A stretch of DNA of 64,000 bases from Felis catus. Taxonomy: Eukaryota. The stretch lies in NCBI RefSeq assembly GCF_018350175.1, contig NC_058376.1, positions 82,894,001 to 82,958,000 of the forward strand. Direction: 5' to 3'. A model generated the notes under the pieces. That model did no database searches, was not told the origin of the DNA, and worked only from the letters and a program-made list of their open reading frames with translations. A program made the translations under genes and the position numbers. Positions 61,291 through 64,000 of this stretch are shown piece after piece (the stretch's first letter is position 1; each line of letters opens with the position of its first letter).

Positions 61291-62086
61291 GCACCCTAAT
61301 ACACAAGTTAAAACAAATCAGACCCACAGGCACTAACCCTCCTTCCAGGTTCAAATACTTTCCTAAAAGGACAGAAGGGCTCCTGACCCTGGACATGCTC
61401 AGGAGAATGTCACCCTCTGTATAAACTGTTGTGGAACAAAGCTGAGAACAGCTGATCTGGAGAGATGAACCACATACTTTGGTTCTTGCCCTCTCTCTGC
61501 ACAAAAAGAGGTATCTGAACCTAAGCAAGACCCTTAACATCTGCTTCAAGCTCCTGCTCTGTAAAATGGGAATAATTCAGCAGGAGCCATTTAACACAAG
61601 GTTGGTGAGAGGATAAGACCAAAAGAGAACATTCATGAAGCATTCCTCAGTGTTAAAATGCTATAGTGTCGGTTGACAAATATTTATGTACTGTAATTCA
61701 GAGTTTCAAAGGCCTCTCTACATACAGTAAATCATAAATCACTTTCAAACCACCCATTTACTCAACATAAAACAGAAACCTAGAATTACCGACAGGGCAT
61801 GACGTATACGTATTATAATGGGCTTAAATTACATGGTGATTTCTGCCCAACCCCATGTAACTCAGCAGGGGCTAGGCATTCCTGCACCCATGCTTTCTGA
61901 TGTGCAGCTCAGCAGATGAGGGCTGTGGGGTGGCCCTTCTTGGGTGACATCTTGATGATGGCCCTGAGCATTTGTGAGACTGTCTCCAGAGGAGGCTCTA
62001 GGGTGCTTGCCGCATCAGTTCTCCCACAGGCTGATCCATAGCACTTTACAGTTTATAAAAACATTCAGTTTGCACAAGACCTTGTT

Positions 62087-62095
62087 TCTTTTTTT

Positions 62096-62164
<69 letters not shown>

Positions 62165-62323
62165 CGAATGGGGGAGGGGCATAGAGAGGGAGACAGAATC
62201 CCAAGTAGGCTCTACACTGTCAGCACAGGGCCCAAGGAGGGGCTTAAACTCACAAACTGTGAGATCATGACCTGAGCTGAGATCAAGAGTCAGAACCTTA
62301 ACTGACTGAGCCATCCAAGCGTG
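62087..62323 (-). mobile_element. CAN-SINE with long (GA)n
   Basis: caagaccttgtttc on both flanks; reverse SINE body. Confidence 0.88.
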
Positions 62324-62689
62324 CGCAAGACCTTGTTTCAATTAATCCTTCCAACTACCCAAAGAAGCAGGCAGGACAAAGTGCAGTAAGCCCACTTAAG
62401 GATAATTTACCCAGGAGAGGTCGACTTATCCAAGATGCCACCGGTGGAAGAGCTGGACTAACCCCAGTGCATGACTTTCCACTAAACTGTGTTTTGGGAT
62501 TTCTTAACGATTCATTGAACACCTAGCACATCAGCCACTGTGCCAGGGACACCTACTCATCGGCTTAGCCTCTGGAGAGGAGCTTGTTCAAACTTTCCCC
62601 CTCCCCCGCTCCATGCAACTAGTGAGTTTTAAGCATTGGAATTAAGAACCTGACTATTCAGTATGTCACACAGTAGAGCTAAGTGGCAG

Positions 62690-62885
62690 CACTGTAGCAG
62701 TTAGAGATATAGAGCCAGCCTGGCCTGAATCCCAGCCCAGACACCCACGGTCAACTGTTTCCTTATCTGTAAAACGGGGATAACAACTGTGCCAGTTCAT
62801 AGGGTTTCGAGGACTGATTTAGTGCAGGTGTAGCACTTACAACAGTGCCTGTTACATAAGACCCCAATAAACATTAACTGTTACT
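62690..62885 (+). mobile_element. MIR
   Basis: ctgaatcccagc...ccttatctgtaaaacggggataacaac...cacttacaacagtgcctgttacataag. Confidence 0.7.
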
Positions 62886-63262
62886 TCCTTAGCATTGTGT
62901 TGAAAGGAGGAACAAGGGAAGGTTTAAAAACAAGTATCTCTTTAACCTCTTAGAGTCTCAAAGTTCTCATTTCATTTCACTTATTTCAAGACTCAGGCCC
63001 AGAAAAAGGAGCCCTCCCTCATTTGGGCAGAGCTCCAAACCCCTTGCTAAGTCAGCATACCACCCTCCCTGGTCTCACCTCTGCCTCCATCATCTCGACT
63101 CCACGTCCTTAGGGCTGGATTTGGGTCATGGCCTCCCTGTTGGTCTTCTTGCCTCTGCTCTCTCCTCCATCATTCTCTACTTTTTCTCAATTTTCCCCAA
63201 ATAGTCACTTAACAAGCATTTTAACTGAGCGCCTATTAGCTGGGAGGCACTGTACTGGATGC

Positions 63263-63606
63263 TGTGATGGGCTACCCAGATCCCCCTTTAGGAGTGAAGA
63301 ACTTGCCCCAGCTGCTGCGTATTGACGGCAGAAAGCCCTCACTTGTCAGCCCGAGGAGGATTGCCTCAGCTGAAGAAAACCTTTCCGAAGGTCACGCCTC
63401 GTTCTGGTAGCAGCTGGCACCTAAAGACTAATCACTCAGCAGAATAAAGGCTGAACCCATTGCCTCAGCTTAGACCAACTCTGCAGGGCTATCCCAGCTC
63501 CAGAATGTGGACTTGGCTGAGCCTTTCCTGGGCCTGCATCACTGCTCGGCTTCTCCCTCTGCTCAACTGATCTCAAGCTGCTTTCCAGGGAAGCAAACCT
63601 GTGACA
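63263..63606 (+). mobile_element. ERVL LTR16/LTR33-like solo LTR
   Basis: tgtgatgggctacccagatccccctttagga...gattgcctcagctgaag...ctcaagctgctttccagggaagcaaacctgtgaca; TG...CA ends. Confidence 0.6.
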
Positions 63607-64000
63607 GGCACAGGAGATGCAAAGATGAGCAAGCCATGGCCTGGCCTTCAAGGATATCAAGGCAAACCAGAACTACGATCTTATCGGCATACAGCTTATA
63701 ATGGGGGAAGCACACAGTGCCAATGAAGCCCACTTGGAAGAGGGCGGGGTTGAAGCAGAGTCCATCACCCCAGGTTTGAAAAACCCTCCCAGCCCTTCAG
63801 TCATCCAGTCTGCGGGCTCCCGCTGATGCAGTGACAGTGCTCTGATGCTGGCAGGGGTGTTGTTTGGTTTGCATCTGTGGATGGACCAGACCCAGGCCTG
63901 GGGAGCGGTTCCTAGTAAGATGTTCTGTACCCAAATGACACATCAGGCTGGGGCATGGCCAGGCAGGGTAAATGGTACCTTCTCTCCTATTCTGTGCTAA

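Noticed and set aside
36000-62400. Short ORFs such as MAQSVKHPTSAQVMISRF... and reverse LSLSLSL/ERERER ORFs
   Set aside because: Translations of CAN-SINE bodies and their (CT)n tails.

Overview
Mammalian genomic DNA, almost certainly a felid: about 35 tRNA-derived CAN-SINEs carry the feliform GCTCAGAGCCTGGAGCCTG segment. It is a draft assembly with six N gaps. The window is syntenic to human 3q27.1 in reverse orientation. The GC-rich left part (4.5-35 kb) holds four genes: CAMK2N2 (+, exon 2 CDS hidden in a gap), EEF1AKMT4 (-, 3 exons, 255 aa, complete), ALG3 (+, 9 exons, two partly in gaps, one U12 AT-AC intron) and VWA5B2 (-, 19 coding exons, 1246 aa by my exon sum). VWA5B2 carries the miR-1224 mirtron as its last intron. 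The right part (36-64 kb) is gene-free and packed with SINE, L1, L2, MIR and LTR fragments. I found no new protein-coding system. The most interesting signals are in splicing architecture: (i) a consensus U2 donor and a stop codon nested just inside the ALG3 minor intron; (ii) a strong donor regenerated at the EEF1AKMT4 exon 2/3 junction, which could make the known EEF1AKMT4-ECE2 read-through recursively; (iii) a weak GC donor in VWA5B2 with competing in-frame GT donors and a (CA)17 tract; (iv) a candidate spliced divergent transcript from the CAMK2N2 promoter. Also seen: a perfect HNF1 palindrome and a CACTGCAGYGACC motif cluster upstream of VWA5B2, and a textbook twin-primed inverted L1. Gene names rest on remembered human orthologue sequences, not on a database search. 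Repeat subfamily calls and repeat boundaries are approximate.
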